From NCBI GenBank assembly GCA_964304625.1, contig OZ199838.1, positions 15,117,650-15,181,649 on the forward strand: a stretch of 64,000 bases of DNA, read 5' to 3'. Every line of letters starts with the position of its first letter. Within the stretch, counting starts at the first letter, position 1. This document shows positions 13,401 to 25,508 of this stretch, one piece after another. The position numbers were made by a program, and so were the translations under genes. A model generated the notes under the pieces. It worked only from the letters and a program-made list of their open reading frames with translations. It made no database searches and was not told where the DNA came from. The stretch is from Kudoa neothunni. Taxonomy: Eukaryota; Animalia; Cnidaria.

Positions 13401-15148
13401 TATATCTTCTTAAATTTCATATTTTGACTATTGAAATATTACAATTCAAGGTGGGCTCTATTTCTTGATATTTATTATTCGGATCAAACCATTTTGACTA
13501 TTAAAGCTGAAAAATAATTTTAATAACTTCAAAAAGTTTCCCATGAATGATCACAAGAACGTAAATTCATCTTCTCCTAAGATTGTCATTTTCGTTATAT
13601 TCGACTGCGAATACACATAATACACTTATTAGATGATGGTTTTTGAGTTAGTTATAAAACAACCAGTTGGTTTTCATTTTGTAGGAAATGTTTTTATTGT
13701 CCCAATGGCTAAACTCGCAGCGCACGGGCAGATTTATACCCTCGATAATGATTATGAATAACTTTATAATTATCCCTAGTTCAATAAAAATCTAGCTTAA
13801 TGTATCATTTATCATTTAAAAGTATTATTTTTAAAACGACATTAACATGAGTATAATTCATTGAAATAATATAAAACAAATATTAAGCATAACAAGGTAT
13901 AATAAATATTTGTGTTATTACTCAAGTTCCGAAGTTACATTGTTATACAGCATTACGATTCCTTGTCTTCTATCACTTTCTCAATATATATTTATCAATA
14001 AAATAATATGTTGTTATTACTTCACTGCAAATAAACAGGTGAGAAAGCACCAACATGCCTCTGGGTAAAATTAATCATACTTTGTATTGATAAAGAAAAT
14101 ATATTGATTTCTATTTTAAAGTACGACTTTATAAAAAACCTTCAAATAACAACAAATTAAGAACATTTAGTTTGACTTTTGTTTGTTAGAAACAAAATAT
14201 TAATATTCGACGTCATTCAAATATAATAATTAAATTAATTCTATATTCATCAAACTCTTTATTTTAAAGTTTAAAAAAATAAAATACGTATTTGAATTCG
14301 AAGTTGAACCTAAAATTGAGTCAAAGAAACGTTAGAATATTATTGTATGTTTTACGTAATGTAATTAAAACCTTAACTCAATATTTATCTTTCTTTGTTC
14401 CAATTAAAATCAAGAATATGCCTAAAATAAGAAAAAAATAAAATATCTTACATTTAACGGAGAGTAAAAAATCAATGTTAAAAATAAACCAAAAAATGTA
14501 TACACATATTTGCAAAACATAATTTTTTCTTCATTAATAATAATTCGTCAAAATAAATTTAATTTCTAAAGATTATTCTTAATTATTAACTTTTGGAATA
14601 AACATTATTTTAGTTAGTTACAGATTGTCCGATTAATAATTACACGTTAAGCATAGTTTAGGAGACAATTTATGAAATACCGCTCAATAATTGCCTCTAA
14701 TAATGTAAAGATTTGACTAACAAAATTTATAATACTAAAAATAAATATTATGCTTTAATTAGAATAAAATAGACATGAAAAAATGCTATGAGTGTGGAGA
14801 AAATTTCAATATTCTACATGCCTGAACAACAACCGTTTATAATGATTTATTGTAAATTTGTATTCATTATAACAAAATGAAAAAATAAAATAAACATTTA
14901 AATGCATAAAATATAATCACAGTCATATTCTTTCATAGTGAAATATAGAAATTAATGTTTAACATGAGGATTATGTTGTTGACTTCGCCGTCATATACGC
15001 GATTAGAAGAAAAATTTGGAAAAACTTTTGATACATTCAAGATGAAAAGACCAATTAAGATTTTTTAGAACCACTTTCGACAAAAAAGTCGCGAAAAATG
15101 CAAAAAATGGGGGAGCCTCACACTCCACAATAGCCGATCCGGAATGGG
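10490..15148 (+). mobile_element. piggyBac-type element with TTAA TSD and pseudogenised transposase
   Basis: Bounded by TTAA|CCCATTCCGG and CCGGAATGGG|TTAA. Degenerate transposase at ~11000-12450: EFKSFIGILLLSRYNRL, RFGFK, YNMDMDGVD and KWRRRCIVRKKKT. Confidence 0.85.
12666..15135. mobile_element. Long-TIR (~360 bp) element, possibly Mutator/foldback-like, nested in the piggyBac right end
   Basis: 12666-13025 is a high-identity reverse complement of ~14786-15135. The interior is AT-rich, with weak minus-strand remnants (YPEAC, TVERF). Confidence 0.7.
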
Positions 15149-15846
15149 TTAATCCATTTTTATAGTCACATGCTTTCGGAAGTTTACAAGATGAGCGTTT
15201 ATGCTGGCACTAAAAGTAGGTTGAAAATGTAAACTGATCTTCAGTAAAATTCGTCAAACGTCTATGGATTATAAGATTAATCTCAGCTTGGATTGTACAA
15301 GGATCGCATGTTTACTCCCGAGAGAGATTCCGATTACGTAGAAAAGATACATCAAATACTAAGCTTGTTCGGCCGTACACTTTTTTCGTTGGTACATACT
15401 TAGAATCAACGAAAAATCCACAGTAATTTTATTCCGGATTCCTAACCAGGAATCCCTGTATTCGGACTAGATTTGGAAGAAATTTGGTATTTAATCTACC
15501 TAATAGTCTACATTTCCACTGGAAACATTTAATTATGCAACACGACTTTATGCATTGAATTTGTGACAACTACTATTAACTAAGCTATATCGAGACTTTA
15601 ATTATAAAATCACGTTTTGCGCAAGCTCATTTTATGAGGTTCTTAATACTTCATGTCATTTATTGTTATTATAATTGTATTCATCGTTTTTGTTTGTAAA
15701 AAAATAAAAATAATGTTTCTAAAGTTTTAAAATTTTGCCATATTTATTACATTTTATAATGTTATACAATAATTTATTTTAAATAAACTTACATTTCATT
15801 TGAACTAAACGTAAAATAATGTATAATTAATTATCGAATAAATGAC

Positions 15847-18298
15847 ATGAAACTGGACTCAATATATAAGAAGCTGTTAATATTTATTGTAAAGAGTGTT
15901 GGGTTGTAAGAATTTCGGCGCATGGCATTGTGGCTTAGCAAGGTTGTTTGTTGTAGAGGCGGCTAGCGACCAATTGAAAGTGGTTGAGAATAGAATATAT
16001 TATTATGTCTTTACTGACTTCAAACAACTCTCCAAAAGACTTCAAGCTGAATTGGATCTTGACAGTTATTTCACGAATAATAAATTTACTGTTCACCCCA
16101 TATTTTTGGATCTTTTCAAATGTGTAGAGAGTGAATTCGAAGGGGATTTAAAACAAATTAAAAAGTATTACGAACAGATATATTCATATGGGAGTTATCC
16201 GCATGAAAGCTACTCCAAATTATGCATTTTTATTGGAATATTTCCTTATCTTCTCAGTCAAAAGCAACTTATAGCATATCTAAATGATGGATTTTGGGAA
16301 TTATTCTTCGATCGTTCCAAAATGACAGTTGCTATCATTAGAATCGATAGGTTTATGGAAACTCTTGCCGAATCTATTGCATCCAGTGAAAATATACAAA
16401 ATATAGGAAATAAAGGTATGCTTGGATACATATTGGTAGAGATTATAGATCCAAAATGTCGTTTCTCTGCTAATATCAACATTGTGTGGCCAGTGGTTGA
16501 TCTTCTGTTGAAGAAGATAACAGATAATGGTTGGGATATGTTTGTTAACAAATTAACCACAAATTTGTCGTCCGAATTGGAAAACAGATACACTCTGTCT
16601 TTATATGGTCGTTCAAATTTTATTCTTTTATTAAAGTTGGCATCCGTTTGCCGGTTGTCTACCCTTCGATATTCCAAAAATATTCATGTTCATTTGAGTT
16701 CGATATTGCTTCAAACATCGTTTCAATGTAAACGTGAATCAAATGATTTTCAAATGATGGGATTCGCGTTTATGAATTCGTTGTTGTCGTTGTATTCAAC
16801 AAATAACGATAAAGATTATTTTCAGTTATTGCTGAAGAGTAGGAAGCTACTCAATCACCAACCTTCGGATTTACGTTTGAAATCTTTTCTAATGATCAAA
16901 ATCATATCAACACTTAGAGTGGAGCTATTCCAAAACGATTCTCCCATCGAATTTCTGCATCTATGTTATGTGGTTTATTTTGGTGATTTATACCAACCAA
17001 AGGATGGTTTAAAAACTCTAAGAGATATGCTCATTTCTTACAAATATGGATATGTGTTGGGGTTAAAAGAGCAGAATAGTGGTGCATGTGTTCGATCAGC
17101 AAGCCATCCCTATTGGTTGGATGTGGTTGTTGAGATAATTGCTTCGTTTTTGGTCCAACCCAATAGATGGTCGAAAAAAATCTGTTTTCTCGCTTTCAAA
17201 ACCTTGGCACCGGGTCACCTACAAAAGTCCACCTGGACCATATTATACAGTTGTTTGAGTAAGCCGGAGACATTGTTGTCTATGGAAAACATTTCAAACG
17301 TCACCCCAAACCAGGAATTATCTCCCAAAAGTACAACGATGCCACAAATCTCCAAATCTGAACACATCGCCAATGATGATTTAATACTTGATGATGCCAC
17401 CCCTGAGCAGTTGGCTGAGTTGGAGAAGTTGACTCATTTGATCCGATTCGGTAATCCAGTAAAACAAGCAAAAGCCAACTCAGTAGGAGGGTTGTATCGT
17501 GCTTTTCAACTGCGTATTCTTGGTTTGTTGGAGATGGCTGATAAACTACGTTTATCCAAGTTGCAAGCGATCGAATGTTCAAAAGAGTTGGTGAAGTATT
17601 TGGCCAATTTTAAACCGGCTTTCAGTAAAAGTGACGAAAAGAATTTCACACGCAAGTTGCTATCCACCATTAAAATATTTGTTCAAATAAAAAATTTCGC
17701 CCCAACAGATCATAAACATTCTCAACGAACCAATTCAAAAATAGTCAATTTTGCGGAAAACAATTTCATGAACTATGCGTATAGAATGAAGGAAACTGCA
17801 GAATTTTTGAGCGTTTGGTTCAAATGGTTGTCTCTTGTGCATAGCTATTTATTGGAGTCTATGACAACAGCAACAACAAACGACAACTGTTGTCAGTTGA
17901 TAGATACAACATTTGAAACAATACAGCTGGAGATTTTGGATGATTTTCTAAAAAAGAGAAATCCAATCATGAAGAAAGAGCACATTATCATGCTTATTTC
18001 GAATCCTAATCTCAATGAGACGACGTTGGTTTCGTTTGTGTGTAGAATTTGCGATTGTCTGTGTGGTGGTGAATTACGTGGACCCCAACTGGTCAACGTA
18101 ACCTATGTGTTTTCAGTGGCCCTTAAAACAGCAATTAGGGTACAAAATCCCTCCTCAAATTATTCCAAAATAATTAAGAAATGCGAAAAAGTGGTAAAAA
18201 AATCAAAAGGTTTCCCCAAAAGTGGAAAAATAAAAGCAAATATTTCCACCTGCAAAAAACTGATAAAAAAAACTCAGCCAAAACTGTTCCAATTGTAA
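15847..18298 (+). CDS. MYBBP1A: Myb-binding protein 1A / Pol5-like nucleolar protein (5' end uncertain)
   Basis: 800-codon uninterrupted ORF (15896-18298). PYWLDVVVEIIASFLVQPNRWSKKICFLAF resembles MYBBP1A PPWVEVLVEILLALLAQPS, and FQLRILGLLE resembles FQIRVLDLVE. Basic C-terminal tail. Confidence 0.78.
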
Positions 18299-19107
18299 AT
18301 AATTATTGTATATTAGGATATCTCAATTATGTTAGTATTTTATTATTGCGTGTTTTATGATTTTTTCATTGGGCTCTTGTTACAGATTGGGTCTAATTGT
18401 TGATTTTGACACTGTAGTTAATTTGTTTGCCTCATTTTTAATATTTCGTCTTATAAAACGTTAAAATTGAACCTACTAAGAATCTAACGATAAGTGAAAG
18501 CACATAAGCGTAATTTTGGTCTGTTTTCACGTTCGATAATTCACAAATGAAATAATACTTAACAAAGGATTTGTCCCAATATTTTTGAGGTGCGCAATGG
18601 ACTTAATGATATGGATAGGGGATTTTTAAATTATGTTATTTCAAGCAATGAGATTGTATTTAAAAGTATTTTTGAGATACTCGCCTGACATATTAAATCG
18701 GGAATAGTTTCAAACTAGTCATTACATCCACACAAAACAGTCGACGCAATAACAGCACTATCTATGAGTGGCTATAGAAATTCAGAGATTAAGGTACTAA
18801 ACCGTATTATGATTGTGAAATTAATGAATTTATGCGACTGGCTGCGAGAAATTAACTCAGGACAACTGAGACCTTATTGTAGTAGGTTGAAAGATTCCAT
18901 AAATTCCAACCGTTGGAAATTATAAAAATGTTTATTTTTGATGATTGATCTGAATTATGTCCACATATTAATATTATTATTTTTATAGAGGATTATAGTT
19001 GTTGAGAATTCTTGACTAATTGTTTGTGATCGACAACCGACAAACTAATTTCAACCGCAAATATAGTACTTCGTATCGACAGTCCGTCACCATAATCAAC
19101 GTGGGGC

Positions 19108-20288
19108 ATGTTTATTACATTGGATAAAATTGAATCTCTGTATGAATTGAAAAACAAACTTGGAAAGTAATCCACATTACCAGCTGCTTGGATTTATCTC
19201 AGCCGATATATATAAATCTGCATTTAGGGGTCTTCATGCCAATGTTTACGATGCTAAGGAGTTGTCAAGTGGAGAGATTCATGCTCTCAAAATATCCAAA
19301 AAAGCCATCACCAAAAAGAAACGAAAAGACGCCCAAGAACTTTTTCTACACGAATCCAATATCTTAAGACAACTAGAACATGAAAATATCATAAAATTTA
19401 TCGCTCTCTATGAATATCCATATCATTATGCCATAAGCATGGAGAGGTGATGCATCACTGCCGATTTCATCATATTGTGTTGTGGCTGTTGAATTTTAAT
19501 AATTGTTTAGATTGTATGGAGGTGAACTGTTCGATTACATTGCTAGTCAGGAGGAAATTGTGGAAAACGATTCCAAACGATATGCTAAACAAGTGCTAAG
19601 CGCCTTGGAATATATTCACGCGAGAAATATAGCTCATCTTGATCTGAAGGTAGGGGATTTTTTTAGTGAACTCGTGGATGAATTTCACTTTTATATCTTG
19701 ATTTTTCATGTGTTGTGATTTAGCCTGAAAATATTATATTGGTTGATAACAAAAAGATTCATCTGAAAATAATAGATTTCTCATTGTCTTGTTTTGTCAA
19801 CAATGAGGATCCAGTGAAACAATTGGGTGGTACAACGGAGTTTATGGCACCCGAAGCTATCAACTATGAATTCATTGGCACTGAAACCGATATGTGGTGA
19901 TTGAATTTTTCTAATAATTGATTTTCGATTGAGTGTACACGCCGTCACCTAATATCAATTTTATTTAGGTCGTTTGGTGTTCTATTATATATGCTGTATG
20001 TGGATAAAATTTTAAATTGAATTTGTTGTGCCCAGCCATCAATTTAATAACCCAACTATTCTACTTAGATTAACTGGATGTTCGCCTTATCTAGCCGACA
20101 ATGATGAGGCCACCCAAGCCAATATAATTCGAAATGAGATCGATTATGAGATCGAAGAATTGCAAAATATTTCTATCGAAGCTGTCGATCTTACCAAAAG
20201 TCTTCTTATTACGAATATGAAGTATTTTTGAAATTATCACCCCCTTCTACTATTCCTATCTATCGTCAGTTTAAGAACACAACTTTAA
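19108..20288 (+). CDS. CAMK-group Ser/Thr kinase, DAPK/DRAK/MLCK-like, ~7 exons
   Basis: LGKGLHANV, HALK, GGELFDYI, IAHLDLKPENI, KIIDFS, GTTEFMAPE, TDMWSFGV and LTGCSPY, joined by GT-AG introns. The putative last exon LRTQL* puts the subdomain XI Arg in register. Confidence 0.85.
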
Positions 20289-20911
20289 CCCTCTAAGTGT
20301 CTTAGTGGTTGGAAAATTTACACTCCGAATAAAGATGGGATGGGAATCTATCGCGGGTTTTTATCTAATAAAATTGTCTTAAATTACAATTAACATCGAC
20401 TGACAAAATATGAGAGAAATTGGTTGATTGAATTTTGTAAGAAACGACCCATTCCATTATTAAGGCTATGTTCGTCTTGCACGTGCGCACTAATACACGT
20501 TGATACATTTCTATTTAATGCGATTGTATTTATAAATTTGTTTCTGTGTTTTTTAATCAAAACTAATAGTTAGAATAATTGAATTTCTTCAAATTAATAC
20601 ATCCTGTTTTAAACAACGCGATGTAATATTGCACAGAAAAACATAAAATGAAAGTAAATTGTGATTATTCCGTTAAACGGCTATCATATATGTTTTTCGA
20701 ATGCTCTCTACAACTCAAAACTAAGCGAAATGATGAAGAATCACCGTACTTTGAATAATTAGTATAAGAACTAACATAAGCTAAGGAGCTATCACTGTAT
20801 TCAGGGAAGGATGAAAAGCTTATATCATTGATCCCTACCTTTGGGGTGTAGAAAAATCTAGTTGAGAATGGAAATTTTTAGCTTTAATGAACGACACTGG
20901 TAGGACGTAGA

Positions 20912-21141
20912 TAGGGGTTACGACGGTTCGATTTTGGTTTCGTTTTTTCTAATATGGTTTTTGACCTTGTAAATAATGTTTTCAATGATAATTCTGTTTC
21001 ATGCAAAAAATATGTAAAATGTGATAGACTGAAAACTTATTTTAGTCGTTCTTTGTTTAAATACCATACCAATTGATAAAAGAAGCTAATGTATATTAAT
21101 TAAAAAATAGATTTTTAAAACCGAACCGATCTTAACCCCTA
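20912..21141. mobile_element. hAT-like MITE
   Basis: Terminal inverted repeats taggggttacgacggttcg and cgaaccgatcttaacccta, ~230 bp, non-coding. Confidence 0.7.
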
Positions 21142-23009
21142 GAATAGTGTTTCCTTACAGGGGGTGCGAAGAGCCCTCATTGGTGGTGTGGGAGTCATTC
21201 ATGAATATATTTAAAAATTGATCGTAATTTTCGTTAGTCCCCGTTTAAATCATATAAGGACGTAATGCGTACAATAATATTTCTGGTTGTTTTGATATCA
21301 ATTAGTTTAGATTCAAAAATGGGATATGATAATTTATTTAATTTATAATTTATCCTGTTTGATTCTACGAAATGGCGCAGTAAGGTAATAGTTTATATTA
21401 AGCCTGTTCATCTTACAAAATCTAATTATTGCTATTTTCATGTAAAATCGTATATTTGTTATCTTTCAAAATAACATATTTATACGCTTAAGCTGTAATT
21501 AGGTTGTCAGCATTTTTATCTATTTAGAAATAATCTATATCCATAAAAATAAAACCACGATGTGGTTTAAACTTTATCTTCTGTTTAAATTTGAGATCCA
21601 TCATTTAATTGTATACGATTTATTGTGTTACCTTTTAAGTTTTATGCTCGAATTTGTACCTTGTCGCTGATTTTAATCTAAGTTAAATATTTCTTTAAAG
21701 TATAGGTAAAACAAAGATAAAAGCATTCATTTATACACATAAATAAATGAATACTAATTTTAACAATATATATTAGTTATTTTATTCAAGTATATATAGA
21801 AGGCATATTTTTTGAATCTATTGAATTTTATTAACCCACTGCCTCAAAATCTAAGTAACATATGACTCAACATAGCGTAAGGAAATCGCTAGATTTATTC
21901 AACACAAGATAGCACATGAAACAAGCTTATCGACTTCATTATATACAAATAATAAGTATTGGAATTCATTAAACCCCAAACGATTTTCAAATATCATTCA
22001 CCAACAATGTGACACGCTTTGAATTACTTACGAAAACCCAGCGAGAGCAAGAGAGCCGCCAGATCAATTAAATATTAAATAACAATTGATTTTGAAATAA
22101 TGTTTCTTGTGAACTGTTAGAATGTAAGAATGGGCTATTTTTATTTGGCTCATTTAATTTTTACCTGTAAATACAGAACTTATTTAAGCGACCGTACTTT
22201 TTATAGTTTGTAATATTACGTTTATATTTATTTCCTACGTCTAATATTTTGGAATAATCAAAATAACATAATTTAGTAGAATTATTTATTACATTGCATA
22301 AAAATGGTATACATAAGTAGGAATGAATAATAGCTCCAATCATTGAATGTTAAGTCATGAGGAATGAAAAGATAATGTTCATCCTTTTTCAATTATACAC
22401 AGCAAATTGAGCTAACCAAAATATTTTGGTTTTAACTTATTTTAGGAGTAAATGGGAAAATTTGAAGTTAAAATATAAACTAAAATAATAAAAATTTTAA
22501 TTTTAAGAAATTTTTCATTGGTATTATTATTTTCGCATTTAAATAAAAAGTATAATTGGGTGTTGACAGTCACATGGATGAGGGATGCGAAGTGAACGCT
22601 GAAATTAGGATAGGGGTACGGGTGTAAAATTTGTAGGGAAACACCGCCCTAGCCGTAAGACGTAGTAGATCCTGAACATTTATGTTACAAGGATAATGGT
22701 GAGATAATTTGGCAGCGTGGTGTACTTTGAAATCGACGCCTCGATTATTTATATCGTTTATTGTTAAGTGAACTTGAATATCATATAACAAAACCATAAG
22801 AAATGACTAGTTATATACAAATAGATACTAACGTTTAATATGGTCTTTACCCTCAATAGAATCGGAATGGTTCCAATTACGTTTTGCCACATTTATAATC
22901 GCGATCCCTTCAGTTTTTGATTGGACCAAATATAATATTGATTAATTTGAAATATTGATTATTTATTTCCGGTTTATAAGTCTCGTGTACAAGAGAGTCT
23001 GGATTGCTG

Positions 23010-23301
23010 CGAGGTGGATTATCACGAGTTTCACTTAATGTCATTTTTGGCAGAGTGAAGGGTTAAAGATGTTCATTCTTAAGGTCCTTTGATAGATTAA
23101 ATTAGATCTGATAGAATACATTTTAATTTCAATGAGAATAAAAGTATATATTAATCGTATTTAAATTTTAATGTGATAAGAAGTCTGATTTAATGTTGAT
23201 AGCAGATTAAATTATCAATTCAATGCTTTTGAAAAAGGTGGGCGCAGGATTTTTTTTCAAGAAAAAATGGAACGCGTCGGATAAATGCTTGGGAAACATT
23301 G
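23010..23301 (+). repeat. hAT/Charlie 3' end repeat, copy 1 (paralog at 38050-38333)
   Basis: About 290 bp direct repeat of 38050-38333, ending in ttgggaaacattg (reverse complement of a CAGTGTTTCCCAA-type TIR). Confidence 0.75.
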
Positions 23302-25508
23302 GCTTATATCGATGTCGCACATGCGAGGAAGCAAGATATATGTTGTTTTTGGTTATTTATTCAATATTTATCCGATAGAATCTTCTTTAATTTTTAAAAA
23401 TGGAATATAACAATATTTTCAATAATTGTAGATAAGAAAAATCCGGGGTAAATTTCTACACAGTTTTATTTAGAGGGCATTTTTACATTTATTTTTTTCC
23501 TGAGAGCTATTACAAAATTAGAAGATAAGAAAAGCTGGATAGGAGTTATGTTCCATTAATACGTTAGAATATTGTTAGCAAAATTCACATAAGATAGAAA
23601 TCTACCTATTTTACTTAGAGGATTAGTAACTTGTTAAGTGAAAATTATGAAATTGTAGTTCCTAATTATTTTCTACCCACATATACTACATTAAATATGC
23701 AAATGAATATTAGAATGCCCATAGTTTAAGGATTTCAATGGGGTATCATAAACTTATAGAAATTTGGCATTCCTCCCGCAATAGGTAGTTTTACAATCTA
23801 CATTCTTGATAACTTTTGGAAAAAATACAGTTCACTCTCATCAAGTGTTGCTCGATGTGTAAATAAGAAATTATTGGGTTTTTTGACTGACTCGATATTT
23901 TTACAAAGTTTCTATTTATCTGAGTATAGTTCATTGAAAAATTATTCCAAAACAATATGATAATATTTTATCTTTTAAAGGACAGCTATTCGAGAATACC
24001 AATTGGTCGTTAATCATCACATAATTTTCTAAATTAAACACATTTTTATGTACGTTTAACCGGTTGAGAACAACCTTGGGCTCTATGCGCCCACCTATCT
24101 ATTATCATGTTATTAAACTGATTATATTTTGTGTATTTTTTCCGGAACTTTTACGTATTTTATTGCGTTGGTCATAAATAATACTTTAAAAAAAAGATGA
24201 AATTTTGGATAAGATATATAAAGTACAACTGGTTTAATAACAAAATTTATTTCAATAATAATTGAAAGATGGCGTGTGGAGTCCAAGGTTGTCCTCAAAA
24301 AGTTAAATCCTTTTTGACGTAATTTAAATTTTATTGTATTTAACAAGACAATTTTCATTAAAAAGAAATTGTCTATTTATATAAAGACTGAAAAATGTGT
24401 TAAAATAGCGAAATTATAATTTTCATCTTACATATGCTTGTTTAAAACCTGGTTTAGCTCTTTCACAGCATTATCAGAAATTAGTGGTATTTTATTTTTT
24501 AGGACATGTTTTGTCTACAGAGTTTATTTATGTTCTTACAATTAGTAGACACATCTTAATTTTATAATTTTTTGATTTGATTTTGTAGTCAAATCTTTAA
24601 ATAATACAGAGAGGGCTAGAATACATCGAAGTTGTCGAATGATTTTATTTAATTAATCTATTTTAAGCGTTATTTATATTCCTCATCTATACAGAAAGTC
24701 ATACATTTACTGTCAATAATTTTTAAAATAAACTGAAAAATAATGATTAATCTTCCGTTTATATTTTGAGCATATATTATGCATATTTTTATTAACATAA
24801 TTAATCGTAATGTAAAAAATAGTGATAAATTTCAAAATTCCACTTTTTTAATTTATTATTTCAATTTTTTATTCTAATACCTTTCGTTTGATAAAAAACT
24901 AAAAAGTCTCATCGCACATTACTCATTACTAAGCATTTGTGTTGTGTGATTTTCGGGCCAGTTAAACTCGTTATTTATGATTCTCTGCACACCCTTGGAG
25001 TATGTTGACAAGAGTATTTTTTAAACAAAATAACAACTCGTATAACGAATCTCAAACATAATAAAACTTTATTCTATTATGGATTTATATTACTTTTCGC
25101 AATAGAGATAGAAACACCGCACAAAAAGCCCTGAAACACAATTGGTTCACCAAACTGCCACGGATGACGATAAGGAAAAGTAGTTCGATTAGTACAAAAG
25201 GTTTTAGTGAATTTCAAGCTCGAAAAAAATGGATTGTAATTATTTTCACATGTTGACAACAACCTATTAATTGATGACTATTCTTCTAATTATTCATTTT
25301 TAGATGGGAACACGCAAAATTCTTTCCATAAACAAACAAATAAATTTCAACAACACATTATAGCTGTTTCTAAACGAAATTGAGTGTAGTAGATATCGAC
25401 ATTTTGCATAAATGTGTTTTTATTAATTCGTACGGCGCATCGTTCGCATGAATTCGGTGTTATTCGCACGAGCATCATCCCCAGTGACTTGACCATCCTT
25501 AAGTTATC

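Larger units (their letters stand above)
20289..23622 (-). mobile_element. piggyBac deletion derivative with nested insertions
   Basis: Left end TTAA|ccctctaagtgt. Inner repeat ccggggtaaatttctacac...ttagaggg at ~23443-23477 and outer ttagagga|ttag at 23622. A Cys-rich-domain-like remnant LSCREHSKNI lies at ~20700 on the minus strand. Confidence 0.55.

Noticed and set aside
16258-18096. Minus-strand ORFs inside MYBBP1A, and similar antisense ORFs over CTSL, CCT3, PiT, UTP25 and the piggyBac
   Set aside because: Shadow ORFs of real coding sequence with no recognisable motifs.
18764-18793. Upstream mini-exon MSGYRNSEIK|GT for the kinase
   Set aside because: No downstream acceptor joins it in frame to the kinase without a stop; ATG 19108 is sufficient.
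22610-22670. Superficial resemblance to an SSU rRNA segment (gtgtaaaat..gtag..ggaaacacc)
   Set aside because: Too short, with no flanking conserved rRNA blocks.
24980-25045. SAHPW segment as the missing last kinase exon
   Set aside because: Preceded by an in-frame stop, with no suitable acceptor.
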